64,000 bases of DNA, taken from contig BQFW01000002.1 of NCBI GenBank assembly GCA_020891255.1, positions 3,348,001 to 3,412,000 of the forward strand, given 5' to 3'. The position numbers were made by a program, and so were the translations under genes. Under the pieces are notes generated by a model. The model was not told the DNA's origin. It worked only from the letters and a program-made list of their open reading frames with translations, and did no database searches. The DNA is from Entomortierella parvispora E1425 (lineage: Eukaryota > Fungi > Mortierellomycota). How positions within the stretch are numbered: the first letter of the stretch is position 1; each line of letters opens with the position of its first letter. Below, piece by piece: positions 27,901 through 41,236 of this stretch.

Positions 27901-28050
27901 GAGGCTGCTCAGGAAAACATCAACTCTGTCGGCGTCGCTGCTGCCCACGCTCAATATAAGGACAAGATGGGTGGTCAAAACGGAAGCTACTACCAGGGCC
28001 ACGGTGCCCTAAACGGTCAAACCAACGGCCAGAGCTATCAACAGGCTTAA
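24994..28050 (+). CDS. GSY1: Glycogen synthase (GT3), 4 exons
   Basis: [12 protein letters not shown]|[50 protein letters not shown] and [17 protein letters not shown]-type motifs. Introns at about 25073-25248, 25623-26160 and 26709-26791. Confidence 0.96.
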
Positions 28051-28583
28051 AAAAACCCCCATCCCCACGAGCAATCCGGCCGTATTGGTTTCTAATCATG
28101 TCCAGTTAGAGTAGCACAACAGTTTCCCTTCATTTCGGTACAATGTCAAATGTATAATATATCCTTCGTCTTTCCTTTCCATTTCTTTTTGTGTCCATGT
28201 TGAACCAACAACAAGTATTCAGTCAAGAATCTTTCTTGCTGGTCGGGGGTATGTATGCCTGTGGCTCTCCTGTTTTGTGTCGCACACATTCTTTTCTCAA
28301 TTTTTTTTTTCAACCGCAGAAACAGCCATTGACAACGGAGACATATTTGAAAATGGCAAGTTTGTTTAGAAGCTAATATATGACGAGTAGAGTACAAGCG
28401 AAGAGAAAAACAAATTATGGGTCGATGGTTGACCATGATAATGTTGATGATGATGTTGATGATGACGATGCTGTTGTTGTTGGTGATGAGGGTAGGAAGG
28501 AGCTTGAGAAATAAATAATGACAAAAAGAAAGAAGGTGTGTCTTTTCTGTTCTAACTTGTGTATATTCTCAATCTCTTTTTTT

Positions 28584-30541
28584 TTAATAGCGTCCGTTCA
28601 TCTGACCCTGACTTGGTGATGCATTCGGGGTAATGTCCTGCATCATCGACATGGGGCGACCGCCTGGAGGACCGCCCGGTACCATCGATCCTGGGGGTGG
28701 ATGGATTCCGTTTTGCATATTCGTGGGTAGAGCGCCATGTTGGAACTGTTGAGGATGAGGGGGCATGGGTCCTCTGCCTTGGAGACCAGGGCCAGGGCCA
28801 GGCCTTCCCTGCATGGACTGCTGTTGATGTTGTTGCTGAGGGTGAGGAGGTGCTCGTCCATGAGGTCCACCCATTGGACCGGGTCCATGTCCAGGTGGAG
28901 GTGGTCCAGTCATGTTGATCGACTCTGCGTATGCCCCGTTGGCTTGAGCCACAGGACAGTCCTTGTGGGCGAGCAACAAAGCTTTAAGGTGAATAATCTC
29001 ATCTCGAAGGGCCGCCGTCTGGGCCTGAAGATGCTCATTGTCCGTAGAAAGGTATTCGACCTTGGCCTGCAAGTTGGACAACCACTGCTTCTTGCGTTGT
29101 CGACATTTGAGTGCGGCTAAGAGTTGCAAAAGTTCAAAAGAGTTAGCTCATAAAGCACGGATCAAGACAGTCAAACATCTGCAACCGGGATGATCGTGTT
29201 CTTACCTTGACGATTACGCTCCAAAAAGTTCTTTCTCTTCTCTTCCTCGTCCATCTTTTCATCTCCTGTTCCATTGACACCCTGACCCACAGCCTGTTTC
29301 TTATGGCTGTTGCCCTCAGATCCCTGCCCGTTCTTCCCAGACATTTCAGACCGCTCAGAATCATCACTCTCCTCTGTTTGAGCTCTACTCCGACGAGTGA
29401 CTTTTCGAGCAAACGAAGGCTCCCCGCCATTCTGGGGTTGCTGTTGCTGATGAGATGCTGTCATGCCGCCCATAGCATGCTGGGGTTGCCCATTTATATG
29501 GGGTCCAGACTGTGCGTTCATGTGGCCATGAGCCGAAGGTTGAGGGTGAGACTGAGGGCCGTATGGGTGAGGATGCTGACCGAGAGGAGCACTTCCGTTG
29601 TTCGAGTCTGCGTTCTCCCGCTTGGTCCAATGCTCCCTGTGTGTGGCCTGTGCTTGGCTCAGAAGGTGGAGGTTTCCGTATCCGTTCATGTCCTGATGAG
29701 GGGCTGCTCCTTGATGCTGAGATGTAGGTGGCGGTGGCGGTGGCATATACCGGTCGTTAGGATGAGGTGCATATTGCTGCGGCCGTTGCTGTTGCGGGTT
29801 TTGAGGCCTGGATCCGTTACCGCCTTGATATTGCTGTTGATGCTGCATGTGGGGCGCCGGTACAGATGGTTGTTGTACCTGCGATACTGAATGCGTGGGA
29901 TTGTAAGTAGCAGGAGGGTATGATTCTGAGCTGTGAGCAGGAAGAGTGGACCCAGGCAATGGACCCGAGGCACCAAAGCCATTTGCGATCAAGACGTTGG
30001 CCATTGAACCAGAGGAGGGTGGGGGGAAAGATCCGATAGGGAGAGGAAGCGACGACGTATCCTTTTCGAAAACGATTGGATTCTGGGGTCCCTCCAACAT
30101 GGAGGGTGAGAGAGGACCCATTCGAAGGGACTGCGCATCCCATTCAAACTGGTCGGTTCCGGGTGCGAGTCGTCCTGACATTGATGCAATGGGAGGCAGT
30201 ACGGGCTTTGGCGTCTCCACCTTGGGGCCAGGTCCACCTGCTCCTGCCCCTGACTTCTCCGGGGCCATGCCTGAAAAACTCTGTTCGAATGGGTTGGGCT
30301 CCTGGTCCAGTTTGGATGATGCTTGCAGATATCGCATAGGGCTTCCGCCATGGATGGGTGCGACGACTGCTTCAGTTTTGGCGCCATCTACAGCAGTGGC
30401 AATGATATAGGGGACCGAGTTGGTCGGCGAAGGCAGCAAGTCTGGATTAGATGCCCAGGTCGTTAGATATCAAAGTCAAGAGGGCAGGAGCAAAACAAGG
30501 GAAATGTATCTTAAGGTAGAATATTCAATGCACTTACCCAT
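28584..30541 (-). CDS. atf1: Atf1/AtfA/Sko1-type bZIP transcription factor, 3 exons
   Basis: LDQEPNPFEQSF (Aft1 OSA-like), LRMGPLSPSMLEGP (HRA-like), bZIP EEKRKNFLERNRQ|AALKCRQRKKQWLSNLQAKVE...LLAHKDCPV. The first exon is ATGG before a GTAAGT donor. Confidence 0.9.
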
Positions 30542-32170
30542 GGTTGTCTTGCAAGAGACTTCATTTCCGGAGGCAAGATCACCGGGTAACGAGCCGACGG
30601 TCGTCATTTGAAGTAGAAACTGCTCTGTGAGTCGTTCGGTGCGATCACTTGCAGGGTCGAAGGGTAATGTGTAAGGCAAGGAAGAGAGCGGGGCCGGTCA
30701 AACGAGCAAGTAAAAAAAGAACGTTGGTTGTCTGCTACCGTTGTAAATATGAATGTCATTCGGATGGTTAGTAGACTGAGCGGTTGCAGATGTTCGGAAG
30801 CCGTTCGTGCGAAAGAGCGTGATAAGGTAACCATGCTCCCACTGTTCACTTTGCCCCCATTACTGCCCCTTTCATGTCATGGTCGCCTCTGCCAGAGTGT
30901 TGCGGTTTGCCGAGGCGAACACATTTTATCCGACCGAGACCATCGAGTCTCTTGTCGGTGGAGCGGGAAGTAGAGTGAGCTGTGATATGGTCAGTCAACG
31001 ACCAGGGATAGACAAAAAAAGACAAAAAAAAAGACAGGGGGGAACAGTTATCAGACCAGAGGAAAGAAGGAAGACCGACAGGCCTGACGACCTGACAGAC
31101 CGGTCTGTCTTGTCCGGACAGGGCGATGGTCACAGCCATGCTCCATCTCTGTTGCACCACAGAACACACGGACAACAATATCTGCGGAAAAAAGATAGCA
31201 CAACAGACGCAAAGCACATATACACCATGCACATGGTCCACGCACCACGCAAACGAAGGCAGGCAGGCAAGGAAGAAGGCAGGCTGCAAAGAGCCTGTTG
31301 AGCTCCACCAGGAAACAGGCGGTGTGACGCACAAGGGGCACAGGCGACAGGCAAGGGAAGGGAAAAGGGAAAGGAGACGACAGTGCAAAAGAGAGGACCC
31401 AGACAAGGAGACGGAGTATATGCAGCATGTGCAGATAATTGCAGTGCAGTAGGAACAGCATGTCCTCATGCCATCGAATGCATGGATGCAGGCATGGTCC
31501 AGTCACAGGGATGCATGGTCCCTGGACTCTACTAGTAGAGTCCGGCAGAGGTTCTGATGGTGATGGTGGTGGTGATGGATGGTGACTGTTGTGTCCAGTA
31601 TGTGTCATGTTTCGGGTCTAGTGCGGAACAGGGGAGTGGGAGGAAGAGCCATGGTGGGCAGGGGAGAACAGGTGATGACCAATCGCCTGAGAAGGTTGCG
31701 AGGTTGCGAGCTACCTTTTTTTGAGAGTGTTTGTGCTTTTATCGTTGTGGTTTCGCAAGAGATGATGACGACGAGCGGGATTGGGGATGGAGAGGGGCGA
31801 GGATGGAGAGGGGCGAGGATGGAGGTCGATGACGAGGGGAGGGGTACAAGTGCCGTGCAGTTGCAGTTGCAGCGCAGTGCGTCCAGTCGGATGGGTGCAA
31901 GGGAGGTGCGATTGGCAAAATTGGCAAAAGAGGGGGAGGAGAGGCGGAAAGGAGGGAAAGAAAAAAAGAGAGTGAGAGAGAGAAGGGCACAAACGCTCGA
32001 GGCAGGCCCATGATGTCATTTGTTCATATGTACAGGTCGCTCGCTGCTGGCTGTATGAAGCTGTGGTTCAAAGCGAAAAAGCTCTCTTCTTCCGGGCAGT
32101 GGACCCGGTGGGTTCTTGTCTTCTGAGGTTGAATGCGATCGAAGCTTGCCTGCTCTGCCTGCTGCTGCTC

Positions 32171-32206
32171 TGCCTGCCTGCCTGCCTGCCTGCTTGCTTG
32201 CTTGCT
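32171..32206. repeat. Compound (TGCC)5(TGCT)4 microsatellite in the atf1-NSR1 divergent intergenic region
   Basis: Read directly. Confidence 0.85.
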
Positions 32207-32576
32207 GCCGACAAGCACACAAACAGACTTGGTTTTTTGCAAGCACCCGCGCCTGCTCGTTCCAATGAGCATCGCCGTCTCGTGCGCGCTGATTGGCCCA
32301 CGCAAGGATCGAAGCACGTCACTGATGCTGTGGGCGATCTTCTTCCAGTGATCGCATGCGCTGCGCCTGTGCCCTCGAGATTGTTTACTCTTGTGGCTGA
32401 GCATGACTGCCCTTTTTTTTTTTTTTTTTTTTTTTTGGCCCCTCTGTGGGCTACATGGGATTAGTACACTATCAGGCACCAGTGACTTTGTTTGTGACAA
32501 TAAGAGCTGCCTGCCTGCATTCATTTGCTTCTTTCACTTTTCCTTTCCCTCCATCTCTCCTATAAACATCATCACA

Positions 32577-33964
32577 ATGGCAAAGGCTGTCGCTACCAAG
32601 GTCTCCAAGAAGGAAAACAAGGTCAACAAGAAGGAGAAGAAGGTCGTCGAGTCTTCTGATTCCTCCTCCTCTGATTCCGATTCCTCCTCCTCTTCCTCCT
32701 CTTCCTCTTCCTCTGACTCTTCTGACTCTGACTCTTCTGACTCCGAGTCTGAGAAGGAGGAGGTCAAGAAGGTTGAGGTCAAGAAGGCCGAGGCCAAGAA
32801 GGTCGTAGAGAAGAAGGCCGAGTCTTCTGACTCTGACTCTTCCTCCTCTTCCTCTTCCGACTCTGACTCTGACTCTGACTCTGACTCTGACTCCGAGTCC
32901 GAGAAGGAGGAGGTCAAGAAGGTCGAGAAGAAGGAGGAGAAGAAGGAGGAGAAGAAGGAGGAGTCCTCGTCTGACTCTGACTCTTCTTCCTCTTCCGACT
33001 CTGACTCTGACAGCTCGTCTGACTCTGATTCCGACTCTGATGATGAGAAGGAGACCAAGACCGATAACAAGCGCAAGGCTGAGGTCGAGGAGGCCCCTGT
33101 CAAGAAGGCCAAGTCTGAGGAGACTGCCGCCCCCGCTGCCGAGGGTGCTTCCACCACCGTCTTTGTCGGTGGTCTCTCCTGGAGCGTCGACAACGACTGG
33201 CTCCGCTCCGAGTTCGCCGAGGTTGGCGAGATTGCTGATGTCCGTGTCATCACTGACCGCGACTCCCAGCGCTCCAAGGGGTAAGAACTTTATCCATTTG
33301 GATCATACAATCAGTTTTACTTTGTTTGAAAAAGCATCTGTCGCTAACATTGTATTTTCAATTACTTTTCAGATACGGTTACGTCGAGTTCGTCAGCGCC
33401 GAGAGCGCCCAGGCTGCTTTGGCTCTTGCTGGAAAGGAGATTGATGGTCGCGCCATTCGCGTGGACATCTCTGAGGCCCGCCCCAAGAAGGAGGCTGGTG
33501 CCAAGAGCTTCAACAACGCCCCCACTGGTGAGGCTTCCGACACTCTTTTCGTCGGTAACTTGTCCTTCACCGCTACTGAGGACGATATCCGTGGCGCTTT
33601 CGCCGAGTGCGGAGAGATTCTCTCTGTCCGTCTCCCCACTGATCGTGAGACCGGTCAGGCCAAGGGTTTCGGTTACATCCAGTTCTCCTCCATCGATGAG
33701 GCCAAGGCTGCCATCGCCTGGAACGGTTCCGACCTCGCTGGTCGCCCCTGCCGTTTGGACTTTGCCGGCAAGAAGCCCGAGCGTGCCGAGGGCAACGGAT
33801 TCAGTGGTGGACGTGGCGGTGCTCGTGGAGGCCGTGGCGGTCGTGGTGGACGTGGTGGTTTCGGTGGTGACCGCGGTGGTCGCGGCGGTCGTGGCGGTCG
33901 TGGTGGTGCTACCACCAACCGCGGAGGCTTCGGTGCCTTCCAGGGATCCAAGGTTACCTTCTAA
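32577..33964 (+). CDS. NSR1: Nucleolin-like protein (Nsr1/gar2), 2 exons
   Basis: Acidic SD/SE tracts alternating with Lys-rich blocks, two RRMs (VFVGGLSW...KG|YGYVEF; LFVGNLSF...KGFGYIQF), RGG/GAR tail ending GSKVTF. Intron at about 33282-33372. Confidence 0.95.
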
Positions 33965-34537
33965 ATTCCCTGCATTACCCCTGTCCGTGATATTTTAGAA
34001 AAGGAACATCCTTTTCGATAATCTACCCAGCATTTTCCTCTCCTTTGTTCTTTTTCTCTTTTTTTACCATCGCATATATTTCTGAGTACCCCCACCACAC
34101 CACACCCAACCATCCTTTTCTTTATTAGAGCATCGATCGTTTGTACTATATTCACTGTCACCACCACTCGTCGGAAGCTCTTTACAACTTTAGTCATTTT
34201 GTAAACGATTAAAAAAAGTTGTGGAAAAAAACATTGCCTTGATCAGTATGTAGTTCGTGAAGGTAGAATCAATATCTGCTGTTTTGCTATGTTGTCGATT
34301 TTCTTCCAATACCCAGTCCCTATGCACTCTGGGCCAAGATCCAATCCCACCCAGTCCTTGGGTCTAAATTTTCCCGACTTGGTTGATTGACTTTTTATTT
34401 GGTTGACTTGTTTAGCCTTGATGCCCCATACTTCATTCTTCACCTACTCACCCTGCACCAAGATTTCGTAAAAGACAATGACATGCTTTAATTATGATAC
34501 AAGATAAATGAGGATATGGTGGGTAGATGAGAGGGAT

Positions 34538-36254
34538 CTACAGCTTCTTGAGATCAACTGGGTTGCTGTCGAGTGCAGGCGTCTCTTCAATACGATCGCC
34601 CTCGAGATCCTTCGCGGTATCTGAATGAGTACTCGAATCGGTGCCAATCTCTTGTTTCTCACCCACAAACTCTGTGGCATCGAGATCTTCCATGGCGGCA
34701 CGGCTAGCTGCGGCACGTCTACGCTTCAGCTTCATGTAAACCAACCAGGCAATGACAACAAGCCAGTAAAGAATATATCCGACAATGGTACCAATGGACG
34801 CGACGTTGCTCCAACCCTGATATTTATCAAAACGTTATACGTGAGAAGATCGTGGTTAGCGTGGGCTTTTGGTGATTAGACAAAGACCTTTTAAAGACTG
34901 GGGATGACTACAGGGAGGGAACTTACGAGAATCGCGTTAAACAATTGCCATCCACCAGCGTTGTTGTTGTTGGGATCACAGCACTTGAGACCCCAAACAT
35001 TGACGCGGGGATCATATGTCGCACTATCATCTCCTTGAGCGTGGATCTTCTTTGCCCAAGTGTACGCCTCGAACGACGCAATGCCCTTTGCGACCAATCC
35101 GGCAGCAAGCAGCAACAAAAGACAAGTCGAGCCGATAAAGAATCGATGCAATGACATGCCATTGCCTCCACGGTACAAGATATATCCGACCAACAATCCA
35201 CAAAAGACTCCGACCACCACAGCCGCGGGAATGGCCTTGGCTTGCTCTGTAAAGGTAACACCGCCGATAAACACAATGGCCTCCAATCCCTCGCGCAAGA
35301 CTGTAATCAAGGGCAAGATGAAGAGAGCATAGCGACGTGACTGGTTGCCGAGTCCACGAGCGTTTTCAGCATCCATGGCCTTGGAGAGCTTGCCTTTCCA
35401 CTTTTCTTGCATCTGAGTGGTTCGCAACATGGCCACGCCCATGACTGTGATCATCAAAACTGCGACAAGCGAGAAGCATCCAACCCAAATTCCCTCACTG
35501 GAGGCCCACAGGTTGTGGCCATACTTGTTCCTAGAGGGGGGAAAGTTGAACACAAAGTAAGAAAATGGTCAGGGGCAAAAGGTCTGTGTGGAGAACAGTG
35601 AACGAAAAACCAGCTGGTCACCCGCGTACGAGCGCCCCCGGTCATTTTTTCCCCCCTCCCCAGGGTGTTTGTGTGCAGCGGACCTGCTAGACCCAAATCC
35701 AGGGATCGCGCCCAACGAAAATACAGGGAGGTACACGCCACACATGTACACAAATGTATCTTTTTTGGCCCACTCTTTCCATAAACTCCGCGACCCTATG
35801 AGTAAGAGGGCGGCACTTCTCTCCCCATCTCCGGTTCACTCTCAACCCCGGTACAGGAGAGTAAGTGATGCATGCCCATTCAACTCACCAGACAACAATA
35901 AAGGCCGCTCCGATAGCCAACGAGATGGTCAATCCCAAAGCAGTACCGCCCCAAACCTATGGGATTCGTCAGTTTGCTTCGTTAGTAACAGGACAAAGAG
36001 TGATCGCTTGTCCCAACGTAGGTCTGCCACTGTCTTTCCAAAGAACACAATGGATCATGGCAGCAGTAAAAGGTATTCACAGACTTGAAAAGCATCCCCT
36101 TTACCTGTCGGCTCAAACGCTTCTTCATAGCGGGGTCTTCAGTGAGAACCTGGCTCAGGAATGAGAGAAGGACCGAGACAATGATGGCAGCCTCGGTTGT
36201 CTCTCGGAAAATGATGAAGAAGATTGGAATGGAAAAGTAATCGGTTCCGGCCAT
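34538..36254 (-). CDS. FTR1: High-affinity iron permease, 4 exons
   Basis: Two RExxE motifs (FRETTEAA; LREGLEAIVF), small exon VWGGTALGLTISLAIGAAFIVVW at about 35886-35956, WQLFNAIL|GWSNVAS. Confidence 0.93.
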
Positions 36255-36471
36255 GGTGGGAATTCGTCCTGATCGGAATGGGAAAAAAAGGAGTGAGAGT
36301 GAGAATCACTTGGGTAAGAGTTGAGCCGAAAGCAGTCGGTGTACTCTACAGGGTGCTTGCAAAAGGGAGAGCGCAAAGACGAGAGGATGCGGAAGGGAAG
36401 GAAGAAAGAAAAAGAAAGGGAGAGAAGAGGCAGAAAGAGAGAGAAAAGAGTTGCAATCCGGGTAGGCGTTT

Positions 36472-36508
36472 TTATCAGATGAATGGTCCTTGACCAGCCA
36501 TCAGATAA
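36472..36508. promoter_or_regulatory. Pair of ATCWGATAA iron-responsive GATA-repressor boxes upstream of FTR1
   Basis: ATCTGATAA on the - strand at 36472-36480 and ATCAGATAA on the + strand at 36500-36508, 218-254 bp upstream of the FTR1 ATG. Both match the SreA/Sre1 consensus exactly. Confidence 0.8.
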
Positions 36509-37529
36509 CTCTTGCCAAAGTTCAATTGGCAGCGTTTCGACCCCGAAGGGTTCCTCAGTCATTTTTTTTTTTTTTTTTTGCTCCTTCACTCGAAGTTTTT
36601 TCTTCTTTTACCCACTCATCCAACAGCATGTTAGGAGAACGATGTGCAGAGAAAAGCGCGCTTTGAATCCTGTGGACCAAACAAAGGGAAAACGAGGGCA
36701 GCCTCTCCATTTCGGGTCCAAATTGCATTCTCCGCTTCCAGTTTTGTCGCAGAAAATCCCAACGCCCAACTAAAGCCCTGAAAAGAAGAAACCCTACGAC
36801 TCCACCTGGACAGCTCACGCCACTGTGCCATCATCATGCAGCCATTCGTTGTTGTCGCGGAAGCACCCGATGTGCGGCTTATCCACTTGCTCTCTGTCAG
36901 TGTCTAGTTCAGTCGCGTCGTCGCGTCGTCGCGTCCAAGACCCAAGCTTTGTTCTGCATGTTCCTCGATCATTCTTCCACACCCTCGGTCTGCAACGGTC
37001 GTCACGTGAAGTGAGTGGTTTTTTTTTGTTTGCACTGCACTCCACTCATTTCTCTCTGACGCACACATACACACGTGTTTCGATGAAGGCGCGTTGCAAT
37101 CTGCTTCCATCTGCTTCCTTCTCGTGTTGTTCCTGAGGACAACCGGTGTGTGTGTATCGAGACAAAGAGATGGTGATGACTTACTCCCTCACATGAATTA
37201 CGGCAGAGCGACAGAGAGCTGCTTCCTCGCAATGCTCTCTTGTTGATGTGCCTTGATGTTCGGTCTGTGGTCAACAGTTTATCGCGCTTCGGCCAGGCCA
37301 GGAAGGAAAAAGTAGGAACCAGACGAACTTCTGTCAGCCCATCAATCCGGACCATGGTCTATCAGCCTTGAATGAACAAAAGAAAAAAAAATAGCCTGTC
37401 GCCCATTGGGCACAGTCATCACGATCCATTTTAAAAAGCCCCCTTTTCCACCAGAGCTTTTTTCATCTTTTTCCTCTCTTCTCTTCACCCCTCAGCCTCC
37501 CCTCTCTTCGCGACCCTTCTCCACAAACC

Positions 37530-40417
37530 ATGGCAAACCAGGCCCGTATCGAGTCCCTTAAGGACAACATCAACCGACCCACTCGTAGCATCGAGTACCC
37601 CAAGAAGATCGATGGCAAGCCCTACTACACCTCGGAGATCTTTGGTGAGAATGTCTTCCACCTTCAGCAGATTGCCAAGGTCCTTCCCAAGCCTGCCTAT
37701 GCCTCATTCCTCAAGCAGATGCGTGGCCGTCAAGCCCTGGACAAGGCCACTGCTGATGCGATCGCTCACGCTGTCCGCATTTGGGCGATGGATCGCGGCG
37801 CCACCCACTTCACTCACTGGTTCCAGCCCCAGACTGGATCGACTGCCGAGAAGCACGATGCTTTCCTCTCATTGAAGTCGAGCTTCTCTGCCAACGGTGA
37901 AGAGGTAAGAGTCTCGAACACCACACAGGAGGAAAAATACTCCGCAATGGACCCCCTGGCCCAAAAGCCCTGAGAAAAAAAAAAGAAAAAGGAAGGGGAT
38001 TCAGGACACACGCATGCACAGGGAGTCGTGGGAAGGAGATGTCAAAAAGGATGGGGAGGGAAAATTTAGTGGTCAAGGCGGTCAAGGGTTCATCTTGATC
38101 ATGCACGCACAGTCTTTGTCGTGTAGCATTCAATATTTCCTGCTCCGATAATTGGCGAAGGAAGGAAGGGCAAGGGGTGCCCTTGACATTTTTTTTTTTT
38201 TTGCGGTCTTTCCTTGCCATGTGCTGGGAAGATTTCAAGTGGTGTCTATCAGTGTCCAACAACACAAACAACAGTGAGGACCACCACGAATCACAGAAAC
38301 TGGCTCTTTTGTGTTGAAAAGAACAACAATCGTTGAGCTCACCTGTGACAAAGCTACCATTGAAGATAACGATGCACAATATTGCGTTCTGGACAGGAAT
38401 TTTTGGGTCCCTGAGAGTTTTAATATGTGGGGTGAGGTCATTGACCCGTTTACTTTTTCGATTCAAGTACTCACACGCCTCCCCAATGGTCTTTGTTATA
38501 ATTCATCTTTACTAGGTCACTGCCATTGATGCCTTCTCTGGCTCGCAGTTGCTCCAAGCTGAGCCCGATGCGTCATCGTTCCCCTCAGGAGGAATGCGCA
38601 CAACCTTCGAGGCCCGTGGCTACACTGTCTGGGACACTACGTCGCCCATGTTCATCCAGCAGGGACCCCACGGTACCTCGGTCCTTTACATTCCCTCCGT
38701 TTTCATTTCCTATAACGGAGATGCCCTCGACGAGAAGACTGTTCTTCTTCGCTCGACCAACCAGATTGCAAAGGCTGCCTGCGAACTCTTGAACCTGATC
38801 GATCCTGTCCCAGTTGGAGCCCAGCCCCGCACCTCCCACGTCTTCACCACCCTCGGAACTGAGCAAGAGTACTTCTTGGTCGACCGTTCGCTGTACTCGC
38901 TCCGTCCCGATCTCAAGCACACCGGCCGTACTTTGGTCGGCAACTTGCCCCCCAAGCATCAGCAGATGGAGGACCACTACTTTGGTCGCATCCCCTCCAA
39001 GGTCATGGCCACCATGTCCGAGGCTGAGCTTGAGCTCTTCCGTCTTGGTGTCCCAGTCAAGACCCGCCACAACGAGGTTGCTCCCCAGCAGTTTGAGTTG
39101 GCGCCTATCTTCGAGGAGGCTTCCCTTGCCGTTGATCACAACTTGCTGACCATGGACGTCCTCTCCAAGGTTGCGCACAAGAACAAGCTGAAGGTTCTGT
39201 TCCACGAGAAGCCCTTCAAGGGCGTCAACGGCTCTGGAAAGCACTGCAACTGGTCCATGTCCACGGACCGTGGTGAGAACTTGCTCGACCCCACTGTCAA
39301 GCCCGAGACCAACTACCGTTTCTTGCTTGTGCTCGTCTCTGTTCTCCATGCCGTCCAGTGCCATGGCGGCCTCTTGCGTACCTCCATCGCCTCATCCTCA
39401 AACGAGCATCGTCTGGGTGCTTGCGAAGCTCCTCCCATGATTGTCTCTGTCTTCTTGGGTGAGCACTTGACTGAGGTCTTGAACTCGATCGAGGAGTCGC
39501 GCCCCATCAAGAACTTCTCTGTTCCCGAGATCCAGTCCATCAAGTTGGGCGGAACCGTTCTCGATGTCAAGGTTGCCACCCTCCCCGACATTTCGCGTGA
39601 TTTGACGGATCGTAACCGTACCTCTCCTTTTGCCTTCACCGGCAACAAGTTTGAGTTCCGTGCTGTTGGATCCAAGCAGTCGCCTGCCTTCCCTGTCACG
39701 ATCTTGAACGCTGCTGTCGCCTCGGCCCTTCAGGATGTCACCCAGGCCCTCCGCGAGCAGATGGGCGGTCGTCCCTACCCCTCGGATGCGGACAAGATTG
39801 CTGTCATCAAGAAGTTCATTGCCTCGACCAAGTCGGTTCGCTTCGAGGGCGACGGTTACTCTGATGCCTGGATTCAGGAAGCCGAGAGACGTGGTCTCCC
39901 CAACATCAAGACCAGTCCCGAGGCCTTTGAGCAGCTCTTGAATCCCGTCCACGCCGACATGTTGACTCGCCAGGGAATCTTCACTGCCTCGGAATTGCAG
40001 TCGCGTCACTTGATTCTCCAGGAGCGCTACGCAAAGGATCTGTTGGTGGAGGCCAACACCCTCCGCACCTTGCTCGCCTCCCAGATCTTGCCTGCTGCCT
40101 TTGAGTACCGTGGATCTTTGGCTCAAACCGTTCAGTTGTTGAACGGCATTGAGGGCGAGGGTAACAGCCCCGAGTTGGCTGCCCTCAAGGCCTTGACACC
40201 TGTGGTCAAGGAGCTCCAGGCCACCATTGCCAACTTGGACAAGGTTGTTCACGAGATGCACCATATTGTTGATGACCCAGTTCAGGAGGCCAAGTACGCC
40301 GACGCCAAGATCGCTCCTGCCTTGAACGCTGCCCGTGCCATCGCCGACAAGTTGGAGGTCTTGACTGCCGACAAGTACTACCCCATCCCCCACTACAGCG
40401 AGTTGCTCTGGTTCTAA
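37530..40417 (+). CDS. glnA: Glutamine synthetase type III, 2 exons (about 612-bp intron)
   Basis: GSIII signatures: FGENVF, GATHFTHWFQP.TG..AEKHD, EPDASSFPSGGMRTTFEARGYTVWD, LGTEQEYF, HNEVAPQQFE, KPFKGVNGSGKHCNWS, DRNRTSPFAFTGNKFEFRAVGS. Confidence 0.95.
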
Positions 40418-40693
40418 GATATTTGCTCTTGACGAGGAAAAGAACCAAAGTGTGCTGTAGAAGAAGACTTTGAAGACACAGATAACTTCTTTTTGTTGAA
40501 AGATCAAGTTCAGTTGACTTGACAAGAGGGAGGGATTTTGCTTTGTACATAGGAAAGATTAATAAAAGGAAAAAAAAAAAAGAAAAGGTTGCATGTTCAA
40601 TGGGTTCTGTTTATTTCTGATTGAATGCTCTTGAGGTGGATCTTTCTTCAATGAAGTTGAAAGATATGGTATAAAGTGGGGAGGAGGGTTTGT

Positions 40694-41236
40694 TTAGACA
40701 TAGTTCCATGTGATGTTCAAGACACCAGTGTCCAAGTGGCCAAGCTTCTCGAAGGCGAAGGGGCTCAGATCCAAGGAGCCCCAGGCACACTCATCACCGG
40801 GGCACTTGTCCACGATTCTGGCAACGATGGATCTTTCAGGGTGGTCCTGGTTGGTAACGCGAACCTGGCGGTTGCAGACAGGGTTACCCCAGGACATGAG
40901 TCCCATCTGATGAGCGTTCAAGGCCACGACGGGCTCATTGTATCCGTCCCAGTAGTAGTTGCAAGCACCGTAATGATGAGTGAACCAGGTAGCCTTGCCG
41001 TGGTGACGAATTGAGGACGAGAAGGGACCATCGTTGCTGATGCTGACGGTTGGCTCAGCTTCGTCGCTAGAGAGACAGGCGGAGGGGGCGGGCATGGTCT
41101 CGACGACGGGGGTATCTGACTCTGCAGGTGAGGAAGGGGTGGCGACGACCGTCTCGCTGACAGGGGTAATAGGGGCAGCCATGGTGGCGACCATGGTGGC
41201 GGTAATGGCGACGATGAAAGAGGTGATCTTGACCAT
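40694..41236 (-). CDS. Secreted RlpA-like DPBB (expansin/loosenin-like) protein, single exon
   Basis: Signal peptide, P/S/T-rich linker, GKATWF...GAC, VVALN, ARIVDKCPGDECAWGSLDLSPFAFEKL. Confidence 0.88.
   Translation of the reverse strand: MVKITSFIVAITATMVATMAAPITPVSETVVATPSSPAESDTPVVETMPAPSACLSSDEAEPTVSISNDGPFSSSIRHHGKATWFTHHYGACNYYWDGYNEPVVALNAHQMGLMSWGNPVCNRQVRVTNQDHPERSIVARIVDKCPGDECAWGSLDLSPFAFEKLGHLDTGVLNITWNYV

Noticed and set aside
32534-33277. 247-aa minus-strand ORF and other long antisense ORFs (e.g. 39398-40525, 56274-57428, 11700-12605)
   Set aside because: Shadow frames of strongly codon-biased genes on the opposite strand.
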